Positions 26,670-40,226 of a DNA stretch of 64,000 nucleotides are shown one piece after another. Source of the stretch: Tubulanus polymorphus. Taxonomy: Eukaryota; Animalia; Nemertea. Where the stretch lies: contig NC_134032.1 of NCBI RefSeq assembly GCF_964204645.1, positions 12,078,275-12,142,274 on the forward strand, written 5' to 3'. The position numbers and the translations under genes were made by a program. The notes beneath the pieces are model-generated. The model was not told where the DNA came from. It saw only the letters and a list, made by a program, of their open reading frames with translations, and did no database searches. Each line of letters opens with the position of its first letter. Within the stretch, counting starts at the first letter, position 1.

Positions 26670-26738
26670 CGTTGGTGAGGATATTTATGAAGGCGATAGC
26701 AGTTTGAGTGGATGATATTGACGTGTGCCCCCAGCGTA
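26670..26738 (-). CDS. Candidate 69-nt symmetric exon
   Basis: Acceptor tttgtattgtag| and donor ACG|gtaagtc. Length is a multiple of 3 and two frames are open. Confidence 0.35.
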
Positions 26739-27810
26739 CTACAATACAAACCGATCGAGGAAAACGAATCTACAAAAACATTCGCAACAGTTTCAGACAT
26801 CGATTTGAACGGTCAGAAGGTCTCCTGAATGTTTCAGGGTGTTAGAGGAAGGGGTGTTCTCAGTATTGATGTAATCTCCTCCGGAAGCAGCTGGGGTAAC
26901 ATTTAAATCATATTCAATTGATTTTGATTTTAATTCAGTTTAGCTGCGTGTTCACTGGAATGAAGACCACTGGGGATTATAGCGAGGATCGCAGCTGCTA
27001 AGAGATGGAGAGGGGATGTGGTGAGAGAATGGAAAGGCAACACGGGAAGATGAAAGGAGGGGAGGGCCTGGGATATTTGTTACTGGACAGCAACGTTATC
27101 CTACGGCTTGGTGGTGATTCAAAGTAATCGCCACCAGGGGCGTCTTTGTGCTGTGCAATTGAATTGTATTATTTGTGTTCTGGTGGTGATGATGTCCGGT
27201 GCCGAGACATAGGCATTTGTTGATTAATAAAATTCATTTTATTAGTTGCTGTCCTAGTAACGTTTATTTGAGGAAATAGAGTTGAGTAGAGAGTGGAGGA
27301 GAGAAAGATAGCTAGGTAAAGCCTAGGATAGCGAAGTGAAACTAGGTGAGGAGAGAGCATGCAGAGCGGTGCGACGACGCAAAAGATGAGGCATTAGAAG
27401 GTAGCAAGGTAGAGAAGGGAGCGGGAGGAATAGTGGGCAGAGAGGGGACAGTGGGAGTGATCAGCAGAGCGTCTGCTGTCGCGAGTAAATATTGACAAAA
27501 CAATACTGAGTAGATATGTGTGTAACCGAATAGTGAACAGCTCTTTATTGTAAATATCAGCAGTAGTTCCGTTATATTTAAACTGTACATGTCGGACATG
27601 TTATGAAGTCAATATCACCAGAAGCCGCCTGGATGATTTCAACGAGAGTTCCATAAGTTGTGGGCGATGCTTTCTAGTCTTTAGTTAAATTAAACCTAAC
27701 GAGCTTTATCTAATTAGTTAATTGTATAGTATTTCATACGATATAAATCTAGTCATAACAGTTACGCAAGCTGGTCTCATGGGAAACATAATAATCTTTC
27801 AAACACTTAC

Positions 27811-27824
27811 CAGACGGTAGTCTA
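27811..27824 (-). other. Candidate micro-exon of 14 or 11 nt with a NAGNAG acceptor
   Basis: ctttttattctgccgttttcag|tag|actaccgtctg|gtaagtg: near-consensus sites on both sides. Confidence 0.4.
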
Positions 27825-28929
27825 CTGAAAACGGCAGAATAAAAAGTATGGAAATGATGTAATCAAATAATGATTTTGTAGCAATGAAATTGTATTTACA
27901 ACATAATTACTTGGTTCTATCATGGACCATAAAACCCATAGTTATATATAACTGTTACGTTTACTGATTACGTTATAGGATTTTACTAAAGTCGCAAGTG
28001 AGGATCCACAAGGTGTCGCGAGTAGGACATAAACTACTTCAGCAATAGGGGATTCCACCAGTGGCAAGCGAGGATCAACCAGGAGCGCCAGTGTGCAGTA
28101 GGACACCAATCATCGATGCCGTTGAATATGTCGAACTTATTTTGCAATAAGACGTAAAACCTACTGTTAGTCGCGCCATCTGGTGGTACGTATATTTACT
28201 ACCAAATGATTATGAGTCAACGAATACGAAATTTCCGTCTAAAATCGCGTAGATTGTGATAAATGATTAATTACAGCCGCGAAATGAAGGAACGCTTTTT
28301 CAAATATTACCCACCGGGGAACGAGTCGTTATAAAATTCCGATATCGACAGCATTAGCGCGGGTTGATCAATCTCCCGACTCGAACGATCATCATGATCC
28401 TCCCGGCGGAAGTGTTCGAGATTTATTACCCACAATGCTCGGCATCTGTTTCGCACGTACTAAAACACAGCGGAAGTCGTCGACTGAAACAATTTGACAC
28501 GCGACAGGCGCCAATCCTCCAAAGGCTACATAAAAAATCTAATCCTGTTTTTAAGAATTTTAGGCTAAAATGATAGATCGCGTTTCCCATAATCGGCCTG
28601 GTCACTTTCGTAAACTGCAATAAAATTTGTAATCAGTACATTTTTATAACTGCCAGGTAAACTTTGGTATGGTTACCCTGATCGCAACTTTTAAGCTCAG
28701 CAGAAACGAGAAACAAGTTATAAATTTTTCAGCGTTAAGATAAATTTTATCAGTGAAAAGACATATATGGGGGAAGGGGGTGGTGTGTTAGCAAGGCCAC
28801 ACCTTTGAAAATTCGTCTTGATGGGTGAGATGCGTTTGAAAGTATTCCCATAACAAGTAGAAAAGATTAAATTTTGTCCATTAAAGAGTTCTTTCAAGGT
28901 TCCAGCGCCTTAATTTTAAGTACAGCGTG

Positions 28930-29330
28930 TTGGCTTGCACCGGGTGCCTCGTAACCGTGTTATGTAATTCATCAAATAATATCAACTGTTCATGCATTAT
29001 TGTTTACGAAAATAAATTATCATTATTATTATCATCATCATTCAGAAAAGGGCAGCTCAAACATACAACCACAAGACACCCTTCTGTCTACGTCTGTGCT
29101 ATGTGGTTTTCTGTGAGGTAATAACTAACCAGCAGGGCATAGGGCCCTGCCTTGCCACCGAGGTACCTTTTTGCCTGGTATATAAGTTGGTTAAACCTGC
29201 TAATTGGAGGCTCTTTCTTTCGGAAATCTGTTCGTAAGAATTTCTTCAAAAACATCTCACACCGATGTTGGAAGCCACCATGACCTTTCGCATCACTGTT
29301 TTATCTGAGGTAGATCCTTTCCTTCCGTTT
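28930..29330. mobile_element. Probable tail-to-tail retroposon 3' ends sharing a (TTA/TCA)n microsatellite
   Basis: + strand aataaa followed by ttatcattattattatcatcatca (~29010-29042). The minus-strand GC-richer block ends in the same tract. Confidence 0.35.
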
Positions 29331-29882
29331 CCTTTAGACCCCGCCTTCCAATTTTCCTAGGTTCACCCTGATTGACATTTAGAAACCCATACCAGCCGCA
29401 GGCCCGTAAGCATAGGAGGTTCCCTCGTATAACCAATAATATTCGCTGGTTTAACGTTCAGTAAAACATTTTAAGATAATTTACATTTATATTGTTATGA
29501 GCATATTATTGAAACAAAATATGACTATACCTAAATCTCTCGATAAAAGATAAAACATTAACTCCCTAGAAGAGTTCCAAAAAGTTGTGGTCTCGAAACT
29601 GTTGAATATTTCGTTGGTGCTTGATATCTGTAAGAATGAATTTGGATTGGGAACTAATAACAGTTCATTCATATTTAATGACAAAAATTGATATTGATGA
29701 CACATGTCTATGAACCGTACATTCAGCCAATTTTGCCCGATTGTTAAATTCACCATTTAGGGCATTACAGCCTATTCTATAAAAACAGCCTTTCTTAAAA
29801 ACGTCAACCTTCTCCAGTCCCAATGGCTTGGTTTTTAGCCTAAAATATGTTTGTCGCCTGGCTTAAATTAAAAAAGACTTAC

Positions 29883-29910
29883 TTCATCAAGAGTAGGCGA
29901 TCCATTCATT
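29883..29910 (-). CDS. Candidate 28-nt exon (MNGSPTLDE)
   Basis: Acceptor gttcgcttctaacag| and donor GAA|gtaagt. One frame is open. Confidence 0.3.
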
Positions 29911-30550
29911 CTGTTAGAAGCGAACGACACAAATTCGAATCGTCATGGCCGTTAGAAAATCCGTTAAATTCAAAAACAATTCATGAACCCCGATAGTCTA
30001 AAATCCTTTTAAACACTTCTCACGGCAATCAGTCCTAACGTTATGAAATGGTGACGATCTATATGCAAATGATTTCCAAGTACGTCGGCAGCGTTTTTAA
30101 AGGCAATAACGTATAAACAATACGCACGTGCGTGTACGTTACTGACTCGCAGGGAACTTGAGTGCTTATTATTACTCGATTAAAATATAGCCTACTCTAT
30201 CAGTAATATTACTGGCGGCAGTGATTTACAACTGTAATACCTTATAATTACTATTGATAATAATAATCCTTCGAGTTCGATTAATCGTCGCGAACCCCGA
30301 TAGCAGACGTTTTTGCGTTCGCTGGTCTCGATCCGTACCGCCGCGGCCGAAGCGTTGAAAACTGGCGCGCCGCGTGTTTTCCGGCGTTATCCGACGATGA
30401 CGTCATACGTCGGTTGGGGTGGTGATCGTGACAGCCAATGATCGACGTACTACGCGAAGTGTCGAAGAAACAACGACTTTTCATTCAACGATATTTTGTT
30501 AGATTCTAATCAGCCCGTTGTCCATACGCAAAAAATATCCTATCATCGGA

Positions 30551-30727
30551 GTTAAGCCCAGCCAACACTATCACAGATAAACGGGCAAAATAGGCAAACA
30601 CAGAACTCAAAATCAGATATGTTTGATCTCGGAAACTTGTTTGCCGGACACACATGTAGTGGAAATGCTCGGAAACATGTTTCAGTCACTGTTTCCGTGT
30701 TTTCCTCCGTCGTGTCCGTCGGGCTTC
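30551..30727. mobile_element. Old MITE-like element, related copy at ~58622-58808
   Basis: Shared end gtcgtg(t/c)(c/g)cgtcgggctt and inverted ggaaacacggaaaca motifs in both copies. Confidence 0.5.
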
Positions 30728-33700
30728 AGGAATCGAAGCAATTTTACCAGTCCAGAAACCGGTTCTGTCTACATCAGTTCCCGGTCAAAAATTGACTCTA
30801 TGGTTCTGACGTTTCGTTCCCAAATTTTCTATTTGGAAATCTTAGCCCCCAGTTTCGTTCCCGGCAGGTGTGTCTTTTCTAAAAGTGTCCATAGATCATA
30901 AATACACTGGGTATTGGAAGCGGCCATCTTTTCACAAAAGGATGAACTGTGGTCCTATTCGACGTTGCTACAGGAGAATACGAATACGAATACGAATATT
31001 TATTTACACTCCAACCATTTCCATGGTATATGGAGGAAAAACAGTATTTACAATAATTACATAAACAGTAATAAAAGCTACAAAACTTAATTAACTGGTT
31101 TCGCACTTAAACACATAATAATGTTTCGTACATAATATACTATTTACTATTTACAATACATATACCAGGAGGATGTTTAGAACTAGCGCCATCTTTTACT
31201 GGACGGGTCTTTACATAGATGAACGTGAAACGGACGGAAACGTGCAAGGATGTCATAAGGAGGTTCATGCAGGCAGCCATATTTTCAGGAAGGGCATTAG
31301 GTCGCTGAATACCATTATGGCATAATGCGGATTTATACGTAGACATACACAATATCATCGGAGGTATCAGACCGGATTGCGCCTGAACTAGATTCTGTAC
31401 ACGTTGACTGCGACGGTTATAACATCGAGGCTAAAGATTGTTTATTTGATACAGGTTGTTGTACACACATATACGGATGAAACTCATACGACCATTTCTA
31501 CATAAACAACTAGCTCACGGTTACACGCCCTGAATACCATATTAGGCCAGGTAGTTAGGCCTTTATTATCATCATGTTGGCTGGGCCTAACTTTGTGGAC
31601 AAGGCATAATGTAAGTCTTTATTGACTATCATCCGAAAAAAGGAATTTATTAGAAAAAATAAAAGATAAGAAGACACCAGGGCAACAGTTCTTGCCCAAA
31701 GACTGACGAACCATTTTAGGGTCATTCACCATAATTTATGGCACGTAGTCTTATATTGAATTATCTTAACCTTATTCAAAAGAACAAAATTATTCAAGTG
31801 CTGATCAAGCTTTCAGCGGCATTTTTGAAACGCTCCCGTATCAGAAATAATTAGCGCTTCCCCTCACAACTTCAAACCGTTCATTTTGATTAGAATCTAC
31901 AATTTTGCCGTTGTGGCGTAAAATTTATTTCCACGCGAGCGTGGCGGGGGGTTTCCGCTACCGGGTTCGAGTTTCTACATCGTGTTGTCGAGTAAGTTCA
32001 TTTTTAAGTATTTTTTTAATTTTGTGACACCGATGCGTAAAACAAGAAATGAGTTTTTATTTCTTTTCACCTGAACTCGATGTGATTTTTTGATGAGATT
32101 GCACATTTCAATGTCAATGGGAAAGCATACGTCATCCGATAATGATAATTCTGAGCACTCAATCAATGCTCCTCAAAAACGTGAGAAAGTACGTGAGGTT
32201 GCGAGTAGAAATCTGCGACAGACTCGTTTTTACTTCACTAAAAACCTGAGTGTCAAATGTACCAACAGTGATCTCTGTATCGCGATCCTGTGAATGCATG
32301 CGTCTGGATGGTTGGTTATACAATGGATTTGTTTTAGAGTCCATGATTACACCACTTCCAGGACTGGGTGAAGTTTTTTACCATCGCAATAATGAACTTT
32401 CAATTTTCTCACCATGTCAACTATCCACTGGTTGGCTCTAACCATGAGATAGTGGCCCCTGAAGCGCAAACTAGTTTGAATTGTCTTAATCGTTGATTTC
32501 TATTCGGTTCCGAATCGAGCTCATCCATGAGAAACTGGCGGTGAGAATGCAGAAATAGTCGAGTGTAGAAATAGTCCATAGAGACAGAACCTGTCATATC
32601 GAATCATCAGGCGAATAAATCTTAATACAAGTCACATCTCTCTGCACGTCAGACACGAGAACGCCTTTCCGCCTTCGGTTACGGAGGGAAAATATCTCAC
32701 TAACCACGAGTCGGTTTTCTCTCCCGCTCCGTAGCGTCGCCGGTTACACACTCGAAACGGACGAATGATTGCTTCAGTTTACTTTCAATTCTGAGCAATG
32801 ACCCCTAAGGATTGTTTTTCACATTGACTGTCGACTGTCAAATTCTATTGAAAAATTAAACCTGCAGGGTCGAATTCAATTGAAGAATTAAATCCGCAGG
32901 GTCGAAACGTCAAATATGCCCGCTCTTTGGACATCTTCCCTATGAACCTGATATTCTTCTCCTGAAAATCATCGATTCTGTAGAGTGGCCTTCTAGTGCA
33001 ATTCTTAATTTGCAGGGTAAAGGTTTTCCCACGTAGTTTTTTCTCTAATTGAATTAGTAGACGGTGATTACTTGACTATATTGAAACCAATATAACACCA
33101 CGGTCTCCTAAAGCTTACATTTTAGAGACAATAATGCAGGCACATTGCATATACATTCGTGTAATGTGTCCCGCGAGAAACTGGACCCAAACTTCCACGC
33201 GGGGAATTTGCACATGTTTTTTATAACACATCGAATATTCACCGTCAAATCACACAGATACCAGAAAAACCGGTCCGAAATCAATACCGGTTATTAATCT
33301 CAGGTAATAGGATGGCATAGTCGATAGTAATTTGAAACGAAATGGATTTCGTATCGGGGCGGTCGGAAATCGACCTCCAGTAAGCGCGACGGGCGCAGAC
33401 GAGATCCCCTCCTAACTCTCAACGGCGGCGCCAGCTCGAGTTGTAAAATTGGAATAATCTATAATTCAGAGGAGTTCCGTTTAGAAACGTCGAAATACAG
33501 TTCCATATCTGCTCGGATTTAGGATCGATTTACTCTTGAGTTAAATCCCGTCAGTTTTCAATATTGCTTTGACTTGACAGTCAAATCTTACCAACACTGC
33601 CCAGATGTCCCAAATTGGCCCAAATTCACGGGCGTGACTTAGACATAAGACCAGTCAAAGACCATCATGTTAGTTCTGCCGATTTAATGAGTTTTGAAAA

Positions 33701-33821
33701 GCAAAATGAATTCATTCATTCATTCAACAGCAGAACAATCGTATGATTGACTACCTCTTTTGGGCTTAAGTCACAATTTGTGTTACGCATATACACAACA
33801 AACTCTATAACTACTAGCAAT

Positions 33822-33897
33822 GCATCAGTTTTAATGGTCTACCGCTTAGTTTGCTTCCTATACGTTCGAGACCCGGGTTCGATTCCCGGTGAGAGCG
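33822..33897 (+). pseudogene. Degenerate tRNA-derived sequence (pseudo-tRNA or SINE head)
   Basis: Perfect T-arm/B box ccggg-ttcgatt-cccgg (33873-33889) and decayed A box tggtctaccgcttag. No intact acceptor or anticodon stem. Confidence 0.6.
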
Positions 33898-36177
33898 CGT
33901 TACTTTACTGTCACTTACTACTCTTAATGGAGAAAAAAAGAGAAAAATCGCCATCATAATTTCACTGAATTTGTTGAAGTCATCGATGTCACTATTGATG
34001 ATTGATGATAATTTTACTGAATTATTGAAGGTCGTCATCTGTAACTAACGATCATTTGACTGAATCGTTGAAGCCATCGGGAAGGACACAAGATTTTAAT
34101 CAGTAACTTATCAAAATATTTTCTCAATGCAGGTATAGGCGTTCGTGAAATGTTGACTAAACGCCTAAGGCTCAATTCACCCAAAAGCCGGTCTTTGAAG
34201 AAAGATATTTACAAAATTCATGACAAGCTTCGTCCTTTCTAAATCACGACACAAGCTTTCATAATTCTATTTCTAATAAGTCATATTTTGTCCGAGACCG
34301 AATTTAAGCAGATTAAAAAGGCGACTGAACTCAATGCTGTGTGACTCGATGGTGACCCGGAGAATCCTGTTAATAACGGTCGATTTATTTTGAAATAAGT
34401 CAATTAGCGACATCAAAGTGGTTGTTCGTATAGTAAGGAATTATCAAAATACGTCAAAACCGCTAGTGCAGAATTTGTCGAATAGGTTTTCGAATAGTGT
34501 TTACGAAAAATAGATTACCCGACATTATTTTCCAGGAATTGATGCCCGCTTTTTAGACATCTTCCCTATGAAGCCGCTATTCGATCTACCCTGAAAAGTA
34601 GATCTTTGGAAGAAAAGTTCAAGTATCCGAATAACCATAGAAGCGTTAACACTAAAAACCTCATTTCCTAATGAGTAAAGACAGTTTGTTAACACGAAAG
34701 TTATCGGGACCCCTCATCAGGTGCGATACAAGTGAATCAAATGATTGAACTACAGGTTTATACACAACTCCCCTGAAAATTCTCGATTCGGTTGGGTGAA
34801 GATCTTCCCCTGAAAACCCCATCCTTACTTCCCAAAAAACTTCCTCGCGTGTCCTTTCAAATGATTATGGAATTCTCTAATAATTTCCATTTTGGGAAAA
34901 AACGCTAAATTTTACATTTTGGAAAACGTAAAAGTTGAGACCATATTAAAACAACACTTGCATTCTCGACCACGATGGCGAAAACGTAAAATCTCGTAAC
35001 GATGAAATTTACTAATTTTCGGTTTTTAACTAGAAAAAACAATTTCAAGGAATGAAATTCCATTGAGTTTTTGGCTTCGGATTGTGGGACCTATACATTC
35101 AACTCTTCGACGTTCGCCACGCATTTAACCTAGTCAACTATAGACAACCTGCATTCGCTCTTAATGAAAAAGAAATTCGACCGAATTAAAAAAAAAGCGC
35201 AATAGGATTCGGCGACAATTAAAGCCGAATCTCTGGCATGCAAATATTTAATGAACACACGTCTGAACAGACTGATAGAATCCTTGACATCGATACCTCG
35301 ATGTTTTAAATCCAGGCGCCATTCGTCGATTAGGAGAAACAAGTCGGTTCAAATACGACGGCGTCTATTGCATTTAAATTACGGGTTGATTAAGATAAGG
35401 ATTTTAGCAATAGGATTAAAACAAACTCGTTGTTGGAAAAGGAGTTTTTTTCACCAGCACATAACGTATTCACGTATCAAATGAATACTTTTAATTATTC
35501 TGTTTCATTCTTTGTTCAGTTTTGAGTCCTTAGGCGTATACTTTTAACTGAAACTTCCCGGCGATGTTATTGTGAGAAAATGATTCAAAGATGTCAAGTT
35601 ACCATCTGAATTTTTCTTAAATGCTATTCATTTTTCAATGATCTCAACATTGCTGCATTTTTTTGTGAATTAAAATTTAGTTTTACAGAACCCAGTTGCC
35701 ACAGTGGCGACACGAAAAAGGTATTAGGCCTACTTCGGTTATAGATCCAAGGCTCCATTAGACTGGGCTTCAATCTGACTGATACCTAGATCCGACTGTA
35801 TTAACTTAAACCTGAGTTAAACTCATCAACTGGCTGACAGTACCAAAAAAAACTTACGGATTTAAGTCAATATTGGACCTGGATCCACAATTCTCGCGGT
35901 TCGACTAAAACGTTACAGTTTAAAAAAGCACCCGAATCAGTCGCTTGCCAGTTCCAGGCTGGTTGGAGGATGGGTCGAATGAAGCGGGACCGAAATTCCC
36001 AATTACGAACTTCGATCAGAATATAAAATTCTGTAAATTCGATCGCCGATCACACAACTATATCTGTACTTCGATTTCCGATTTCAAACACTCTGTTTCG
36101 CTCCCGGCAGGTGTGGTGGGTTTGTAAGGGACACCAAATCAAAACTAAAAATCTCCCAACCAGAAAAATAACAACAG

Positions 36178-36306
36178 GGCCCAGTTTCACGAAAATGTTT
36201 AAGCCTAAAACGGTTAAGTTTGAATTGTTGTCCTCATTGAAAACATGAAGTATCCAATAGCAATTACACCCAAAAATTTGAGTTAACTGTTATGTGAAAC
36301 TGGGCA
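36178..36306. mobile_element. MITE, PIF/Harbinger-like (CAG TSD), nested in another repeat
   Basis: cag|ggcccagtttcac...gtgaaactgggca|cag. Internal part is also present at ~9893-9984. Confidence 0.8.
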
Positions 36307-38634
36307 CAGGGTCAATCCCTATTTGAGGATTTAAAAAAAACGTTGGAAATGAACTAATCTCAATTCAAGGGAGTCAATCTTAACCGACATCTGTGTAACT
36401 TGGTAATATACTGGTCAATTAAACCTACCCCAAAATATCATTAACGCTTCAACAAGGAAACAAGAAGTTGATACGGAATGAAAAAAAACAATAGAAAACC
36501 CTATAACGTGCATCTGGAGAAGTATTCGAAATTCGGTAGAATATAGATTTTTTCCTGAGAGTACATATGCCTAATGCCTTGTACATACGCATATTTGATA
36601 CTTGGTTCAATAATTGACAACGTTTTATTCATAATACGTGTATACAAATAAACCTCTTCATATCGCGTTCATTAGTTACATTTTCATAGCTTAGTTTCTA
36701 TACTACTAAGGCGCTACTGCTGTGAGAGTGGCGGCATAATATGTCGTACAGAGAACTCGATCTATAACTTGAGAATACTTGAGCTGCGGCCGAGGACTCG
36801 TTTAATTAAAGTTCGAGCCGGGAGTGTCGTATATCACGAGTTTCATGTAGCCGCGGTATTTATGAGATTGCGAAGTTTTCCGATCGAAATAGCGGCGTAG
36901 ATAATACGGAACTATAGGTTTGGGCCCGGTTTTATAGGCTGGTATCAACCAGGGGGCGACCTCAATTCATTGTCAATTGAGTTAGCCCCTGGGTTAAAGA
37001 TACTACCATTCTGTAAGACCAGAAACTGGTTTATAACTGGACTAAGGTCTAAAAGGTAATGATTCTCAGAACATCTTCGAACTCAGATTTTTTTCGATTT
37101 CAATATCAAACCCCTGTTTCGATCCAGGTGTGGTGGGTTTGTAAGTGACACCAAATCAAGACTATTCAGGCGAAATCGACCAATCAAATAGATAACGGGG
37201 ACGATCCCCATCTTAATATTTAAAAAAAATGTTTCTCAGAAAATAAATGATTTTTTCCAAAGCCTACTGGCGTCTCTTCTTATCATAACCAGAATTAACA
37301 GAAAGAAATGTTCTTATGCGACTTGTTCTCGCAAGTCCCAGGAAAAAATGCAGCGCATTCTTTCCGCCGCTCTATCGTCAAATTCTTGTGTACAGAACAG
37401 GGCCCACGGGCTGCCTGATGTCCTACATGCCCGACTGGTTCGCACCAGAACACTCGAAAAACCGATTTAGCAAATCTACTAAACAACGCGCTGAGTGGGC
37501 TGTGGAAGGATTACGGCTCGCGTCGAGCATACAGTCAGCGAGTTAAAATCATAATCTAAACCTAGGGTCCCACGACGACAATTTGTGCCAATTATGAAAA
37601 AAACAGTTTTATCAAACAATATATTTTTACTGGCGAATTTATTTGTACATAAATCTTGATCAGAATTACTCATCCGTATCATACTGAATCGGACAATTAT
37701 TTTCTTGCGTGACCAAAAACGTCTGTTTTTGTCCATCTTGGAAGCTTGGCCCAAAGAGCCTTAGTACTCAAAAGTAGGTAAGGTAATGATTAAACCTATG
37801 AGTGTACTATTCGGGAATATAACAAATGAGGAAGGTAAGTGGGCAAATTTCATCGGTGAATTTTGCCAAAAATTGCCTAATCGATTTGCAAGAATCAAAC
37901 AAGCGAGTGATATTTACATCGGTGCAGTTTAAAGCGGCGATTGTCAAATTCACCAAGTGCTTCGCCTCCACCGAATAAATTCGGCGAAAAAAATACAAAT
38001 CAGAAATCAGTCTTTGCGTACCGAATTCGCCTAGATATTAGTCTATCGAATTCAATCACAGGCGAAATCATATACGGCGAACGATTCTCGTCAGTGTATC
38101 CTAATGAAATAAACTGGAACTCGTTTTTCAAAACTGGGCCCTGTTCGAGATCTTTATCAAACAATTCCGCATTTTATTGTTGGCAACACTGGTTACCAAG
38201 AGAATTAGTAGACTATTTCGTCGCCCGCTGGTTGACGATATATTGTTTATTAATGGTGCGGTGGTTATTTAGTGTCTCTCGGATTAAAAGTGTCAGTGAC
38301 GGCTAACGCAAGTCAAACACCATTAGGAATTTTATCTTTTTCTGGTCTGCTCTACACGCTTCTAATGAAGTTCAAGGTCGTGGAGTGAAACGACCAACCA
38401 CCGATGAAACACTTCCGGTTTTCATTTGTTTTCATCTCTCAGAAAATGTTTTTTTTCTACTGGAAGCGGTGCAGAGAAATTCTCAGAAGATTGATTACAA
38501 TGAAGACTTTATTTTCAACAGTTTCAATGGATGAGCCATTTCAAGTGGATTTATGAGAAAATAAACGAAAATCGAAATGAAAATGGTAGCCTAGTGTGGT
38601 CGGAAAAACGAAAGTACCCCTCAGCCATCATCGA

Positions 38635-38885
38635 ATATGTCCGGCAACATTCATGTACTGTATAAGCTTCTCCGGGCCTTTGGAAAAGATGGCTGCCTCC
38701 ATAGATACCACAAGACGTCATATATACGTCATCAAATAGACGTAGTGATGTCGGCCCTTTCAGAAGATGCTTGCCTTCATAAATCCCCGAGACATCTAAT
38801 ATATGCCATCGTAATATAGATGCGACGGCGTTTCATGCGCTCCAGATAATGTCTGCCTCCATAAATCTCCTTATGACATCATCGA
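38635..38885 (+). repeat. Degenerate tandem repeat (ggccttt..gaagatggctgcctccata..), ~3 units
   Basis: Core at ~38675, ~38753 and ~38845. Related inverted motifs near 30915-31290 and 44260-44365. Confidence 0.55.
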
Positions 38886-39865
38886 ATACCAAATTATCGA
38901 TAACAAGTGATTTTGTTTGAAAACAAAAGCCACGTTGATTCAGTGGGCGAGTGATGTCATAGGGTGGTAGTATGGTGGTAGCCAGCTTTTCTAACAAGGG
39001 CGTATTTTGCGACAGACCGCGGTAACAATGTCATACTCACTCACCATGGTGACACGCGCAAAACCCGTCCAATTATCAGATCGATGTCGTTTGTTTTCTG
39101 GGAGATGATCGTGATGACACCGTAACCCGTCCAATTAGCGTAACCCGTCACTTACATTTTCGTTAACGATGTCAATTTTGCGCGGACGACTCGGCGACTT
39201 ACCGCAATCCTATGCTTCTCGCTACCACACAATACGGCGAACCTACTGTTCAAATCCATTCAACCTGATTTAATCAATCGACCGTTAGTTTGAAATTTTA
39301 AACGTAACCGTCGTCATCACGCGCGTCTAAAAATAGAACGACTTTCCACGAATTCAATCAGTTTTTAGAGGAATCAGTCTCATCTCTTAACGGATACAGA
39401 TTAATCAAGGGTGAAGCGGATCGGAATAATCTTGGCGGAAGTGAATTATTTGTTGGCCTACGCACGAGTTGTACGATAAGGAAGACTTTCGAAAATTACG
39501 AGATTTTTTAAGTCTTTACTTCTAAAGCGCGACCAATTAAGGCAGTTATCTCTCCCACGCGTTGCGATTTCAACCCGCTGATAAGTTGAATGTTTGCTGG
39601 TCACGCAACTATCAATATTAAATACATATACGCGCGTGACAGGTCTCGATTAATTAGCCGACGACAGTCTGTTGTGTATTGGCCTTTCTATAACTTCCCT
39701 CGTGGAAGCCAGTGACTGAGAGTGATTATGTCAGACAAATTTAATCAACTTCGATATAAAAGCGTGGTTACCTAATAAATTGGTATTACGTCGTCAATGA
39801 TCGTTTGTCTTATTGTATCCGAGGTTCCCGGTAATGTTACTTAGACAGCCCAGCGATTCTACCTG

Positions 39866-40226
39866 GGACAGGTGAGGATCCACCAGGTGTGCTAGTGTGT
39901 TGTAGGATATCAACTACTGTGAAAGTAGTGGATTCCACTTGTGGCAAGTGAGGATCCACCAGGTGCACTTGTGTCCAGAAGGTTATCAACTATTGTGGCA
40001 ATAGAGGGTTCCACATGTGGCAAGTGAGGCGTGGTAATGTGCAGTAGGACATCAACGACAGATAGTAGAGGATTACACTAAAGGCAAGTGAGGATCCGCC
40101 AGGGGCGCTAGTGTGTCGTAGGAAATCGACTGAGCGCAATAGAGGATTCCATTGGTGGCAAGCGGGAACCAAACGTTGCGCTATTAGACAGTAGAACATA
40201 AACTATTGCGGATATAGCGGATTCCA
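39866..40226 (+). repeat. 76-bp family array
   Basis: About 4-5 degenerate units. Confidence 0.85.

Noticed and set aside
33822-33897. Functional tRNA gene
   Set aside because: Only the T-arm is intact; the acceptor, D and anticodon stems do not pair.
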